Below, piece after piece: positions 1 to 10,179 of a DNA stretch of 64,000 nt; the first letter of the stretch is position 1, and each line of letters begins with the position of its first letter. Source of the DNA: a virus. Lineage: Duplodnaviria; Caudoviricetes. The DNA lies in the IMG/VR virus record IMGVR_UViG_3300031998_000010. One strand, written 5' to 3'. A program made the position numbers and the translations under genes. The notes beneath the pieces were generated by a model. That model searched no databases and had not been told where the DNA came from. It worked only from the letters and a program-made list of their open reading frames with translations.

Positions 1-89
1 TCTGATAAATAAATAAAGCGACCATTTGTTCCTAAACCATCTTCTATAGTAAATTGGAATTCTTTGTTAGACCTAACATATCTTTTCAT
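1..89 (-). CDS. 5' part of a gene running off the window; begins with leader-type MKRYVRSN
   Basis: Manual translation MKRYVRSNKEFQFTIEDGLGTNGRFIYLS..., AAGGAG SD upstream; not in ORF track. Confidence 0.7.
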   Translation of the reverse strand, partial: MKRYVRSNKEFQFTIEDGLGTNGRFIYLS

Positions 90-94
90 AAGCT

Positions 95-724
95 TTATTC
101 TCCTTGTCCGTTATCTTCAATAATATCTTCGATATTTGCTACATAAGTAAGCCAAGTCCAATCGAATAATTGTGATTTACTCATATATGTAAGGTTGAGA
201 GCTACGCCGTCGTTTAATTTCTTCAAAAAATCAATATCACGACAAGAGTAATTCATATCAATCCATTCGCTACAACCATCAACATTGAATGCTACAATGT
301 ATTCAGAAAATTCTTTATTGCCAAGATTATCATACTTGTAGACTGCAAGTTTTCTTATCTTATCATAGTTAAGACCAGATAATGTAATAAGATAAGATAT
401 CTGCTCACCGCTAAGGTGTTGATTGATTTCAAATGTTACATCAAATCCAAACTTATTCAATTCTGCAAGAATCTCATCAGTAGAAAATTCTTTAATAATT
501 CCTGAAACTGGGTCTGGAGTTAATAAAGTTCCTTTAGAATTTACTAAGCAGGCAAATAATGTTCCATACTGTGTGTGATTAACAAGAATATTTGTTCCCG
601 ATAATCTATGGCTTCCATCATCAATAATCTGTTTGACAGTAATATATAAATCAGTGGAATTATTTGAACGACATTCTGATAATTGAATCCAGTTAGAAAT
701 GTTATAACGTAAAGGAGCGTTCAT
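95..724 (-). CDS. hypothetical protein
   Basis: 209-aa ORF, ATGA overlap with upstream gene, GGAGG SD. Confidence 0.75.
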   Translation of the reverse strand: MNAPLRYNISNWIQLSECRSNNSTDLYITVKQIIDDGSHRLSGTNILVNHTQYGTLFACLVNSKGTLLTPDPVSGIIKEFSTDEILAELNKFGFDVTFEINQHLSGEQISYLITLSGLNYDKIRKLAVYKYDNLGNKEFSEYIVAFNVDGCSEWIDMNYSCRDIDFLKKLNDGVALNLTYMSKSQLFDWTWLTYVANIEDIIEDNGQGE

Positions 725-1089
725 GCTGATATGACCTCCTTCTTTGCTAATCTTTCAGCTTCCATCCATTCTTTGTGCTCTTTAACATAGTTTCTAAGTT
801 CAATTTGAAAAGCAACAAGATTATCTGTAGAAGAATCAGGATATTCACTAAAGTAACTTGCAATTAAATCAAGCTTCAACTTAAAGTAGAGCACCTTATT
901 CTCTTCGTCAGTAATCTCAGGATGTTTTTCTCTGAATATAAAATAACGAGTTAAGACGGAACTGAATGCTTTGTGAATTACAGGGCTTTCAACAGATAAA
1001 TCTGCAGTTTGTAATGTTTTAAAATTACTAGGATTGAATTCTTTCAAATTCTGGAAGAATAAGTCTGTGAGTTCTTTTGTACTTCTCAT
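721..1089 (-). CDS. hypothetical protein
   Basis: 122-aa ORF directly downstream of portal. Confidence 0.75.
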   Translation of the reverse strand: MRSTKELTDLFFQNLKEFNPSNFKTLQTADLSVESPVIHKAFSSVLTRYFIFREKHPEITDEENKVLYFKLKLDLIASYFSEYPDSSTDNLVAFQIELRNYVKEHKEWMEAERLAKKEVISA

Positions 1090-1090
1090 A

Positions 1091-2611
1091 TTACATCATA
1101 CCTCCCATACCTTCTTCACCTTCGCTAGGAGTTAAATCAACTTTCCAATTCATGACAGAAGAACCTGTTTGAGGGAAAGCTTGAACTAATATTTCTTGAA
1201 TTGCTTCTTTGTAATCGCCTGCATCTGTTACACCTAATCCACGCATCAAATCAATCATTGTAGAAGCTTGATTAATAGCCGCATCTCGCTTCTCTGATTG
1301 TACTTGGTCCATGTTAGTGATGATAGGATTCATATTAAGTACAAACTTATCAACGAAACCACTCATGTTCCTTGACATGAAATACTTATTAAGAGCGTCT
1401 CTCCAACCATTCTTGTATGCTGTCATGATTCTAGAAAGAATGTTAGCATAAAGAGCTGACCTTTGTGACATTACTGAACCAGCATTACCTAAGCCTTCTG
1501 CTGCAGAATAGTTCATTGCTTCCTTCGGTACACCTAATACAGATAATTTCTTATCTTGGTAATAATTAAGAAGTTTATTTTCACTTTCTGTAGGCTCACC
1601 CATCTGTAAGTCAGTAATTGAAATAGCATCTTGTCCATTAACTTTTGCAAGATAAATGAGGTTGTTAGGACTTTGAGGATTGACGAAGCTTTCTGCATTT
1701 CCAGTAGCTGTATTTAAAGCTAACTGCTGTTCAATCATGTCTTTGATTACTTGCAGGTTCTGACGAATTTCGTCTTCCTCGGCTGTTGTACCACAATCTA
1801 CATTAATGAATCTTACTGTTCTAGTTAAAGAAGAAAGCAATAAAGCATCTTCTAAAAGGCTCAATGTCTGAGTAGGTTGTACTGCTTGAGCTAATACAGG
1901 GTCGGCAAATTGAATATCATAATCGAGTTGCTCTCCTTGAGAATTAACCCCTGAAATATGATACTTACCTAAAAGGCCACCCAATGAGAAATGAATAATT
2001 GAAGATTCAGGATAACTAATTATTTGGTCTCCTGAAAAAGAAGTACTTTCAGCGGAAGGTTGATAAACATATCCCTGAGGCTCACCGTGATACCATAAGT
2101 GAATGATATCTTCTTGAGGTATCATATAAGAAGGAATGATGTCATAATCAAGATTCTGTAAAGTATTCTTATCTAATGCAACTAACTCTCTATTCTGATG
2201 TACTCCCGGATTTCTATACATCTCGGTTGTAGGAATGTATATTTGCCCGATTGTAGCTAACTCAAGAATATGGTCTCTTGCATAATCATTTACTCGCCAT
2301 CTCTTGAAGCAACTATTTATGATGTCAGCTACTTGCTTATAATTATCATCAATAGCCGTTGCCCAGATAATATCTCCGGCACTATTAGCCGTTGTAGCAT
2401 CTGTAGCATAGTAATTTAATGCTGTACTAACTTGAGAATCTCTTGCAAGAGCTCTCATTACATTTATTTGAGTTCTAATGTCTTCAATATCAGAATCTCC
2501 ACGAAGGTCTGATATCTTATAGAATGTACCACCTACACAAACAGTACTTCTCAATCTAGAAATAATGTTTTTATTTCGGGGTGCAAATAGTTTATCTAAC
2601 CATGTTGCCAT
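1091..2611 (-). CDS. portal protein (T4 gp20-like)
   Basis: 506 aa; RTVRFINVDCG resembles T4-type portal RxFYIDVG; LGVPKEAM; close to terminase. Confidence 0.8.
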   Translation of the reverse strand: MATWLDKLFAPRNKNIISRLRSTVCVGGTFYKISDLRGDSDIEDIRTQINVMRALARDSQVSTALNYYATDATTANSAGDIIWATAIDDNYKQVADIINSCFKRWRVNDYARDHILELATIGQIYIPTTEMYRNPGVHQNRELVALDKNTLQNLDYDIIPSYMIPQEDIIHLWYHGEPQGYVYQPSAESTSFSGDQIISYPESSIIHFSLGGLLGKYHISGVNSQGEQLDYDIQFADPVLAQAVQPTQTLSLLEDALLLSSLTRTVRFINVDCGTTAEEDEIRQNLQVIKDMIEQQLALNTATGNAESFVNPQSPNNLIYLAKVNGQDAISITDLQMGEPTESENKLLNYYQDKKLSVLGVPKEAMNYSAAEGLGNAGSVMSQRSALYANILSRIMTAYKNGWRDALNKYFMSRNMSGFVDKFVLNMNPIITNMDQVQSEKRDAAINQASTMIDLMRGLGVTDAGDYKEAIQEILVQAFPQTGSSVMNWKVDLTPSEGEEGMGGMM

Positions 2612-2631
2612 TTAAGAAATCCTCCACAATC

Positions 2632-2641
2632 ATAAAAGGTT
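2632..2641 (-). promoter_or_regulatory. putative phage late-promoter element AACCTTWWAT (exemplar; 7 copies)
   Basis: Minus-strand AACCTT+AT-rich element 20-70 nt upstream of starts at 2632-2641, 6867-6876, 12195-12204, 18392-18401, 49844-49853, 56341-56350, 62817-62826. Confidence 0.6.
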
Positions 2642-4208
2642 ACTTGAGGAATTTTTCAAGGTCTTCATCAATAGAATATCTAGCGAAGAAAGCAGATTCA
2701 TCAAACATCGGAATATCTAATTCTCTTGCAGCCTGAATTGCTAAACCATCAATATTCTCTTTGATATCTCCAACAACTACGCATTGAACCTTCTTATCCA
2801 TCTGTGTAACTACTGTAGCAGAATAACTCTGAAGAATTGCAATAATATCTTCAGTATTTCCATGCAGGAATGTTCCTGTTATCAGTATTCTCTTATTTCT
2901 AAGGAGCGGAGCACCATCAAATTTTACAATTCTATCAGCATCAATTACTTCAATCTGCTCCGAATTGATGATTGTATCTAATTCCACTAAATTGCGAGGT
3001 TCATTTAACCATGCCATCAGTCTTCTAGGGACTTCCATATCTAACTCAGTAGCAATTCTTCTCGGACCTTCAAAATAATATTTAACTGTAGCATAAGAAT
3101 TATTGCACTTGTTGCAGAATTTAATAAGCCATTCTGTGTTTAATCCAACTTCACCATTGATACTTGCTAATAAGATTTCAGATAAATACTTCTTAATCTT
3201 AAGGTCTTTATACTTGGGTAAAAGAAGTAAATCAGGCAAAATCGTAATATCTCCTGACTTAACAGCTGAATCAAACTCTTCTTCGGTAGGCTTCTCAATA
3301 TCAAGCAAAGTGCAGAATCTGCTTATACGAGGATATAACAATGAAGTACAGAAAGGGTCACTACAAGTCATTGTTCCATCTTCAGGCACATCAAGAATCT
3401 TATGACAAGAAGAACAGGTTATTCTCTTCGGCAATCTATTTGCCTCATCATGTTGTGTAGAACACCAAATAACTTCTCCTGAATTATCATCAATAACTAT
3501 CTGAGAATCTTTCTGAATGTTAAATTTAACTGCCTTAGGATAATCAATTACCTTAGAAATTACATCAAACTTAAGTCCATACTTGATATAGCCATTGTAG
3601 TCGATAAGCTTAACAGGATTATCAATCACTTTGACAGTTGTTAAACTTGTAGAATAGTATTCACCCTTATTTTGACCTTCAAATACAAAGTAACCTGCAA
3701 TGAGCGGATATTCAAAAGTGATATGTGCATTTGTTGTCAAGAATGTTTTGAGTGATGCCTCGGGATTAACTATAGGAACAGCCCAACAAGGAAGTGACTC
3801 AAATCCTACCATCTTTGTCCATGCCTGCATGGATGAAGGAGTTATAGCCATTGCTCCGCTTTCTACATTTCCTACATAAAATTTATACTTCGGACTTCCT
3901 GATAAGATATCATTTTCAATTCTCTTAAATTCACAATCAGGAAGATTTCCATCAATTGCTTTAATTTCATTTGAGTAGAATACACCTTGGATATCTGTTG
4001 TTCCTCCATGAAGCTTAATTGTATTAGGAACTAAGCCCTGCCTAACAATTGCTTTGAGAAAATCTTCGCCAAGGTCTCCTTTGACATTGATGCCTTCATA
4101 TACTTTGTGTAACATACCATGAGCATCATATCTGAGTGTTACAAGAAGGCCGGTTGGTACTACATAGACCAATGAACCTGCTTTGCAAACGGTTTTTGTA
4201 AACAGCAT
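2640..4208 (-). CDS. NAD-dependent DNA ligase-like protein, catalytically degenerate (Zn finger + BRCT retained)
   Basis: VVPTGLLVTLRY replaces KxDGxxxxLxY; CSSC..CSDPFC Zn finger; C-terminal BRCT (ILITGTF..VQCVVVGD). Confidence 0.7.
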   Translation of the reverse strand: MLFTKTVCKAGSLVYVVPTGLLVTLRYDAHGMLHKVYEGINVKGDLGEDFLKAIVRQGLVPNTIKLHGGTTDIQGVFYSNEIKAIDGNLPDCEFKRIENDILSGSPKYKFYVGNVESGAMAITPSSMQAWTKMVGFESLPCWAVPIVNPEASLKTFLTTNAHITFEYPLIAGYFVFEGQNKGEYYSTSLTTVKVIDNPVKLIDYNGYIKYGLKFDVISKVIDYPKAVKFNIQKDSQIVIDDNSGEVIWCSTQHDEANRLPKRITCSSCHKILDVPEDGTMTCSDPFCTSLLYPRISRFCTLLDIEKPTEEEFDSAVKSGDITILPDLLLLPKYKDLKIKKYLSEILLASINGEVGLNTEWLIKFCNKCNNSYATVKYYFEGPRRIATELDMEVPRRLMAWLNEPRNLVELDTIINSEQIEVIDADRIVKFDGAPLLRNKRILITGTFLHGNTEDIIAILQSYSATVVTQMDKKVQCVVVGDIKENIDGLAIQAARELDIPMFDESAFFARYSIDEDLEKFLK

Positions 4209-4249
4209 ATCTTTATGCCTCCTTAAAATAATTTATTCTAAAAGATTCA

Positions 4250-6268
4250 TCAGAATCTTCTATACTGAGTTCCAAATCCCGGAAGAGGTTGAGTTACTCT
4301 TCCTCCACCAAATCCAGGAATTCCACGATTTCCGGCATTGACAGAATTGATAGCATTTATAACTGATTTAGCCGGAGGTTTTATCAAATCAAGATGAGCA
4401 ATTAATGAGGAACATGCACCGCATAAAGCATCCGCGCAGTCCTTTCCTATTCCCTTACTATTATAGCCGTTAGCTAAACAAGGAGGGGCACTGCTAGTAG
4501 AATTGTTTTGCGGCTTGTGGTCCACACGGTCATTGTTTCTCTGTAGATTAATCATCTCAATTTCTTGTAAATCACACTTGATTAATTCAAGTCGTTGGTC
4601 TTGAAGTAAATTTCGAAGTGACACATATGGGTCAATTGAACGGTCAACAGAAATCTTTTCTGTAGTAAATCCTTGGTGGTCTAAATTTTCTCTAACATAT
4701 GCAGACTGATACTGGTCTGTCGAAACTATCCCAATATTAAACCCGCTACGCTTCAACCATAATATAAAATTGATTACTTTCTGGAAAGACATTCTATCGC
4801 CTCTAGGCGCACCTATTGCTACTTGAAATATCTGCTTCAAGAAAGGCATCATTACTCGTCTTTCGGTCTGCAAATCTAATACATTCTTATTACCATCAAT
4901 TACTACTCCCGAAATTCCAATGTGGTCAGAAGTTTCTGCGAAGTCGATATGAATATTCATTGGTAATGCTTTAAGATTGTTAGGTACAACCTCAGCATGG
5001 AAATGATGTTCAATAGTATCATTATCTCTAAGTCCTATCTCATAATAATCTTCGAAAAAAGGATTGACCCTATCTTCACTTACATTAGGTGTTATCATTT
5101 CTTGGGTTATGAAACCCATCGCACCTACTACTGAAATACCGGCAATATCTCTCAATGCAATATCATAATCGGCCTTGAAATTAGGTTTATAGTCTGCAGG
5201 AACTTCTAATACCTTATACCCCTCATTTCTATATTCCTGTAAATGAGCTTCATCTGCATTCTCATCTGCCACTACGAAGCCTCTTTTAAATCTATCACCT
5301 ACAGTAATATAAAACTTCTTCTTACCAAATCTATATGCAGGCAATACTTCCCATTGAGGCTTATCAAAAAGATACATGTGAGTATTACCTGCGTCTAACT
5401 GCTGTTCTATATGTTCAGATAGATAATCATTATCAGTGTTTTTAGACGAACAAGTAAACATCTTTCCATATATTCTACCATTAAGCTTGAATGTACCTGT
5501 AATACGAGCATTTGCTGTATTATACATTTGCTTCATATGATTTTTAGAAATAGAAATATCTTTGATTCCGGCTCGAGCAAAGTTCACTTCATCTAAAGCT
5601 GCACACCAGAGCTGCATGCCGAGCACATGAGCAGAATCTGAAGCTGTTACAATTTCAATCTGATTTCCTTCAGGAATGAAAATAGGTTTTGTAGAACTAT
5701 TATTCTTTGTTCCATGTCGCATGAACCAAGGAGATTTCAGTAATGTATCTTGATACTCTCTATAAGCTACACCGCTCGCCAAATCTTTTGTTAAGTTAGC
5801 AAATGCGATTGTACATCTAGATACTTCTTTGAGTCCAAAGTATCTTTGAGGATTTCTATAGCACATCAGAAGATATGTCATGTAACACATACACGAGACT
5901 GCAGTTGACGTTTTTCCAATTCTTGTGGCGCCGCTCAGAATTACTTCGTACACATCTCGTTGCGAATCAAACACATCATGATAAACATCCCACCAACCTG
6001 GATATATCTGATTACCACAATCGTTTGATTCTCCTAGATACTCAGGGTCAGTAAGAAACCTGTCAATACTCACTGGAACTTCTTTGAAGTCTACTAAATA
6101 GATAGTTTCAAGAGTTTCAGAATAACCCTTGTCACTAAGCTCTTCCAATATTTTGAGAAAGAGATTTTGCTCTAATTGAGTACACCCAGTATAAATAGAT
6201 TTTATTCTACTTATGATATCCTCGTAATCAAGAGCATCACTGCGAATCGGCGTCTGTATTTCTGTCAT
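4250..6268 (-). CDS. terminase large subunit
   Basis: Walker A GATRIGKT, Walker B ALDE, nuclease HIDF..D and KDCADA motifs. Confidence 0.9.
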   Translation of the reverse strand: MTEIQTPIRSDALDYEDIISRIKSIYTGCTQLEQNLFLKILEELSDKGYSETLETIYLVDFKEVPVSIDRFLTDPEYLGESNDCGNQIYPGWWDVYHDVFDSQRDVYEVILSGATRIGKTSTAVSCMCYMTYLLMCYRNPQRYFGLKEVSRCTIAFANLTKDLASGVAYREYQDTLLKSPWFMRHGTKNNSSTKPIFIPEGNQIEIVTASDSAHVLGMQLWCAALDEVNFARAGIKDISISKNHMKQMYNTANARITGTFKLNGRIYGKMFTCSSKNTDNDYLSEHIEQQLDAGNTHMYLFDKPQWEVLPAYRFGKKKFYITVGDRFKRGFVVADENADEAHLQEYRNEGYKVLEVPADYKPNFKADYDIALRDIAGISVVGAMGFITQEMITPNVSEDRVNPFFEDYYEIGLRDNDTIEHHFHAEVVPNNLKALPMNIHIDFAETSDHIGISGVVIDGNKNVLDLQTERRVMMPFLKQIFQVAIGAPRGDRMSFQKVINFILWLKRSGFNIGIVSTDQYQSAYVRENLDHQGFTTEKISVDRSIDPYVSLRNLLQDQRLELIKCDLQEIEMINLQRNNDRVDHKPQNNSTSSAPPCLANGYNSKGIGKDCADALCGACSSLIAHLDLIKPPAKSVINAINSVNAGNRGIPGFGGGRVTQPLPGFGTQYRRF

Positions 6269-6830
6269 CTAATTCAGTAGCCTCACTATCTGGACGGTTT
6301 TCAGCATTGCGAAGTTCTGTCAATAGTGCTTGTGCACCATTCCTTATAACATTACGAGATTCTTTAGGGATTATAGCCGCACCAAAAGAGGTATTCTCAT
6401 TTATTTCAACGGGCGGAGCAATAGCCGCTAAGTCTATGTTCATATATGGCTCTAATAATTTCTGAGATAAGACCATAGACTCTTGCAACTGAGACTGAAC
6501 TTTAAGTAACAGAAGCATTGTAGCAGGGTCTGCACTGTCAAGACCTGAAAGATTCATATCAATTGAATCATATAGCTTGTCTTCGATTCTATCCATCATC
6601 TCTGTATATCTGATGATTTTTGCTACTTGATGATAGACTTGAAGTACTGCTATGTTTTGCAACGCTACTTTAGCAGATGTAATATCATTCTTCTTACAGT
6701 TCAAAAGAGCAGAACGCATCTGTTCCGCTTGTTGTTTTTGTTCCTTTAAAAGAGGGTCTATAAAAGTATCAGAGGTATCTAAACTTTCCGCCGACTCCTC
6801 AAAGGTTTTGAGCTCATCTTCGCTTATCAT
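6237..6830 (-). CDS. putative terminase small subunit
   Basis: Helical 197-aa protein overlapping the TerL start; positional inference. Confidence 0.5.
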   Translation of the reverse strand: MISEDELKTFEESAESLDTSDTFIDPLLKEQKQQAEQMRSALLNCKKNDITSAKVALQNIAVLQVYHQVAKIIRYTEMMDRIEDKLYDSIDMNLSGLDSADPATMLLLLKVQSQLQESMVLSQKLLEPYMNIDLAAIAPPVEINENTSFGAAIIPKESRNVIRNGAQALLTELRNAENRPDSEATELDDRNTDADSQ

Positions 6831-6880
6831 TTGTATGACACCTTCAAAAATAGGATTTATGATTTTAATAAAGGTTAAAG

Positions 6881-6920
6881 TAAATAGACCCTAGCAAAAA
6901 AAATTGCTAAGGTCTATTTA
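6881..6920 (-). terminator. 17-bp hairpin, probable intrinsic terminator
   Basis: TAAATAGACCTTAGCAA-T6-TTGCTAGGGTCTATTTA on minus strand after the 6949 gene. Confidence 0.6.
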
Positions 6921-6948
6921 CAAAGATGGAAGAAAATCAATAATGGGA

Positions 6949-7374
6949 TTATTTCTCAAACATATCTTCCTCAAAACCTAAGTAGTCAATCATGATTTTC
7001 TTTGCTTCATCAGCAGAAACTCCTAAGGCTTTTGAAATTTCTTTCTGTTCTGCAGCTGTCTCGGTGTCCCAATCTCCTGATACAGGATTGCTTGTGACAT
7101 ACTTATCTGCAATCTCGTCTACTTTTGCTTTCTGCTCATCTGTAAGCTCGATTGAAGCTTTAACTGAAGTACTTGCTTTAATATCAAATAAGCAAACTGA
7201 TAAATTAGCAATGATATCCTTTGTGACTTCGTCATCAGAATTAGCTAATACATCAATTGCTGCTTTGATATGCTGCTGAGCTTTATCATAGTTAGTAGCA
7301 GAATTTACTTTCTTTTGAGGTTTTACTGCTCTTGTTGAAGCAGTTACCTTCTTAGCATTTTTTGTAATCTTCAT
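6949..7374 (-). CDS. hypothetical protein with basic leader and repeated [IV]x[AS][SA] motifs
   Basis: MKITKNAKKVTAST..VNSA..IKAS.SVKAS. Confidence 0.75.
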   Translation of the reverse strand: MKITKNAKKVTASTRAVKPQKKVNSATNYDKAQQHIKAAIDVLANSDDEVTKDIIANLSVCLFDIKASTSVKASIELTDEQKAKVDEIADKYVTSNPVSGDWDTETAAEQKEISKALGVSADEAKKIMIDYLGFEEDMFEK

Positions 7375-7396
7375 CTTTATATCTCCTTTGAATTAA

Positions 7397-8422
7397 TTAT
7401 GCATTATTCATAAGTTTGTATAACATCTTAAGATTAGCTTCATCAGCTTTGAAATCTTGAGGTAAGGTAATCTGAAAATAATCTGTCCCTATTTGATATA
7501 ATTCCGGTTCAGGTACATTCGATTTAACTATAATAACAAAATCCTTTTTATTATTAAATGAAAATTCACGCTCTTTAAGATTTTCAATCTTAATTATCTT
7601 AGGATATTTATGTGCTAACTGACCAATAATACTACGAGCTAGATTAAGATTGGAATATTCAGTACCTGGACCAGGTAAATCTTTATTTTCTTCAAGATAC
7701 TTATAATACAATGTCTTAAAGGATAATTGCTTAGGAGATGATTTTCCTAATTCCTTGGCAAGTTTCTTTGTATCGTTCAAATATGAAGAATAGCTAGGTG
7801 ACGCAAATAATATACCATTAGAAGAATCACTAATTAAAGCAGAATTTGTATCTGGGTCAATTACAGCAAAGCAGAATGCAAAATAATCAGGTCTACTGTA
7901 ATCGGATAAATCAGTAGTTGAATTTTTCTTAAGGTCATAAATATACTGCTGACATCTTGCTGCTGCTTGCTTAAATTCGGAAACAAAATCAGGGTTATCA
8001 CAAGATATCCAGTTATCCGAAAGTGCGTCATCACTGATAGATACATTAAACAACTTGCTTAAGTATTCATTTAACCTGAAATTATGCACACCGGAAGTTG
8101 TTAACTCAGTTCCTGTTTTACTACGATTCAAATCAATACGGAAATATGTTAATTTATCAGTAGGGACAAATTCAAGATGATACTTAGCTATAAGCTGGTC
8201 ATGATTTAATAAATTGTTTGATAACTCGCCTGTAACAGTATCATATTCTGCTTCAGAAATAAATAAGAATCCATAAACATTATTGTTATCTACAAAAAAT
8301 TCTCTATATTCTTTTTTATATTCTTCAGCTTTATCAAGAGGAATAGCATAATAATCAAAGTAAATGCCCTTAGATAAAGTTAATGTTTTATTTGAATCAG
8401 ATGCCCTAATATAAATCTTCAT
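7397..8422 (-). CDS. leader-bearing hypothetical protein (MKIYIRAS)
   Basis: 341-aa ORF, GAGG SD. Confidence 0.8.
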   Translation of the reverse strand: MKIYIRASDSNKTLTLSKGIYFDYYAIPLDKAEEYKKEYREFFVDNNNVYGFLFISEAEYDTVTGELSNNLLNHDQLIAKYHLEFVPTDKLTYFRIDLNRSKTGTELTTSGVHNFRLNEYLSKLFNVSISDDALSDNWISCDNPDFVSEFKQAAARCQQYIYDLKKNSTTDLSDYSRPDYFAFCFAVIDPDTNSALISDSSNGILFASPSYSSYLNDTKKLAKELGKSSPKQLSFKTLYYKYLEENKDLPGPGTEYSNLNLARSIIGQLAHKYPKIIKIENLKEREFSFNNKKDFVIIVKSNVPEPELYQIGTDYFQITLPQDFKADEANLKMLYKLMNNA

Positions 8423-8437
8423 TTATATACCTCAAAA

Positions 8438-8779
8438 TTAGAATCCTACATCAATGCCTTCGGCTTTGAGAGCTTCATAAAAATCTACTACACCATCACA
8501 GAAGTAGCCGTAGCCTCTATGCTTGTCTTCTAAACATGCTTCATATAACTCTTTTGCATATCCAGGCTCACCTACTTGAAGTTCAGGAGTTAAAAGTTCA
8601 ATTACCTCTTCCTGTGCATCTTCAGGAAGAACTGTGAAGCATTCATACATATCGCCTGAATTTTCATCAAGACCGTAGCTTCTATAAATCTTTTCTAACT
8701 CCCAGAGCTTATCACTTTCAGGGTCTCTACCTACTTCTTTGTTGTAATACTCAACAAATGTGTCAAATAAACTCGCCAT
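8438..8779 (-). CDS. acidic hypothetical protein
   Basis: 113-aa ORF, AAGGAG SD. Confidence 0.75.
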   Translation of the reverse strand: MASLFDTFVEYYNKEVGRDPESDKLWELEKIYRSYGLDENSGDMYECFTVLPEDAQEEVIELLTPELQVGEPGYAKELYEACLEDKHRGYGYFCDGVVDFYEALKAEGIDVGF

Positions 8780-8790
8780 ATATGTTCTCC

Positions 8791-9231
8791 TTATTCTATT
8801 GTATTTCCTTCACGAAGCCAATCTACGAGCTCATTCAAATCTCTTCTGAAATCGCCAATGCCCTGTGTAATTTGTTTTCTGTATATCTTCCCGGTTTCTG
8901 AATCTGCTATGAAGAGGATAGAATAAGGAAGACCGGCATCAGGATAAGAATTTATGAAAAACTTATATCTGCCAGCATTTCTGTAAACTCTATTTTCTTC
9001 AGGATGCTCACCAGCAACTGCTCTATACCACATCTTTCCATTCTTATATGTTCTAGAAGTATCTAACTTAAAATCAGGAAGCAGTATAGGCTTAGGATTT
9101 CTAAGCTCTTCTAACCTTTCTTCTGACAGCGTATCATATTCACCTGTAAGTGGATTCCAAATCTTATTACCATCTACAAGATTATCTAATATATTCTGAT
9201 ATCTATTTGATGCTTTGACGTATATTTTCAT
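8791..9231 (-). CDS. leader-bearing hypothetical protein (MKIYVKAS)
   Basis: Start reassigned from 9264 to ATG at 9231, which removes the overlap with the upstream gene. Confidence 0.75.
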   Translation of the reverse strand: MKIYVKASNRYQNILDNLVDGNKIWNPLTGEYDTLSEERLEELRNPKPILLPDFKLDTSRTYKNGKMWYRAVAGEHPEENRVYRNAGRYKFFINSYPDAGLPYSILFIADSETGKIYRKQITQGIGDFRRDLNELVDWLREGNTIE

Positions 9232-9235
9232 AGAT

Positions 9236-9490
9236 TTAATCTTCTTTCTCTCCGTAGCCCTCAAGGGACTTTTTCATTTTCTTTGCCCAAGATGATAACG
9301 ATTTATTATCATTTTTATTCCATATTTCAAGATTAGTAAGGGCTCTTATTATTGGAGCTCTTCCCTTTTTATCAATTAAGGCTTTAAAATGTTTTACAGG
9401 CAAATCTTGCACAGACTTATCTTCAGGAACTTCTAATATTCCAGGATTTTTAGCTTCTATGTCCGCTGTAGATTTGATGTAAATTTTCAT
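9236..9490 (-). CDS. leader-bearing hypothetical protein (MKIYIKST)
   Basis: 84 aa, AAGGAG SD. Confidence 0.75.
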   Translation of the reverse strand: MKIYIKSTADIEAKNPGILEVPEDKSVQDLPVKHFKALIDKKGRAPIIRALTNLEIWNKNDNKSLSSWAKKMKKSLEGYGEKED

Positions 9491-9760
9491 TTATTCTCCT
9501 TTGAAATAGTTATCTTCGTTGTCCCAATCATCTTCGGGATATTTACCTTCCATAGCATCAGAAATCAAATCAGCTAACTTGCCTGATTCTTCTCTGTCTA
9601 TGACCTTCCATTTCCATAACCAATGTATCATCTCGCAGGCTTCATTTAGTTCTTGCATTGAAGCAGAACCTCTTCTGACTTTTGAAATTACATTGTTTAC
9701 ATACTTGAGCTTGTAATCTATTGTCTTTTGGCTGATTCTACCGTGTGAGTAAATTTTCAT
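9491..9760 (-). CDS. hypothetical protein (MKIYSHG leader variant)
   Basis: ATG at 9760 within track ORF 9491..9766. Confidence 0.7.
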   Translation of the reverse strand: MKIYSHGRISQKTIDYKLKYVNNVISKVRRGSASMQELNEACEMIHWLWKWKVIDREESGKLADLISDAMEGKYPEDDWDNEDNYFKGE

Positions 9761-9782
9761 ATTCAATCAATACCTAGACCCA

Positions 9783-10073
9783 TTAGGTGTCTGAAAAATC
9801 ATATCTATCATAAATGTGTGATTTCATTATAATATCTAAATTATGAGATGAAACTAATTTATCTACATCATTAAAAGAATAATAATCACCTTCATCAATA
9901 CCAAGAGATTCTAATACAGACATCAAAGTGTCAAGACGGTCTAATGCCCAAATAGCGTCTTTGAGGTTTTGACGGTTAAACGAAGATGCTGCAGTTTCAT
10001 AAGTCATATCAAAATCATGCTGGATAAGTCTAATAAAATCTCGCTGTTGTTCGGGTGTCAAATTGATGTTCAT
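9783..10073 (-). CDS. hypothetical protein
   Basis: 96 aa, AAGGAG SD. Confidence 0.7.
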   Translation of the reverse strand: MNINLTPEQQRDFIRLIQHDFDMTYETAASSFNRQNLKDAIWALDRLDTLMSVLESLGIDEGDYYSFNDVDKLVSSHNLDIIMKSHIYDRYDFSDT

Positions 10074-10095
10074 TTCTAAAACTCCTTTAATCTAA

Positions 10096-10170
10096 TCATC
10101 CATTTACATAATTTGAAGGATATTTAGTAAAATATCTTTTCATTATTTTGCTATGTGAATAAATTTTCAT
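10096..10170 (-). CDS. 24-aa mini-ORF MKIYSHSKIMKRYFTKYPSNYVNG
   Basis: Manual translation; GAGGAG SD; fills the intergenic gap. Confidence 0.55.
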   Translation of the reverse strand: MKIYSHSKIMKRYFTKYPSNYVNG

Positions 10171-10179
10171 ATTAACTCC

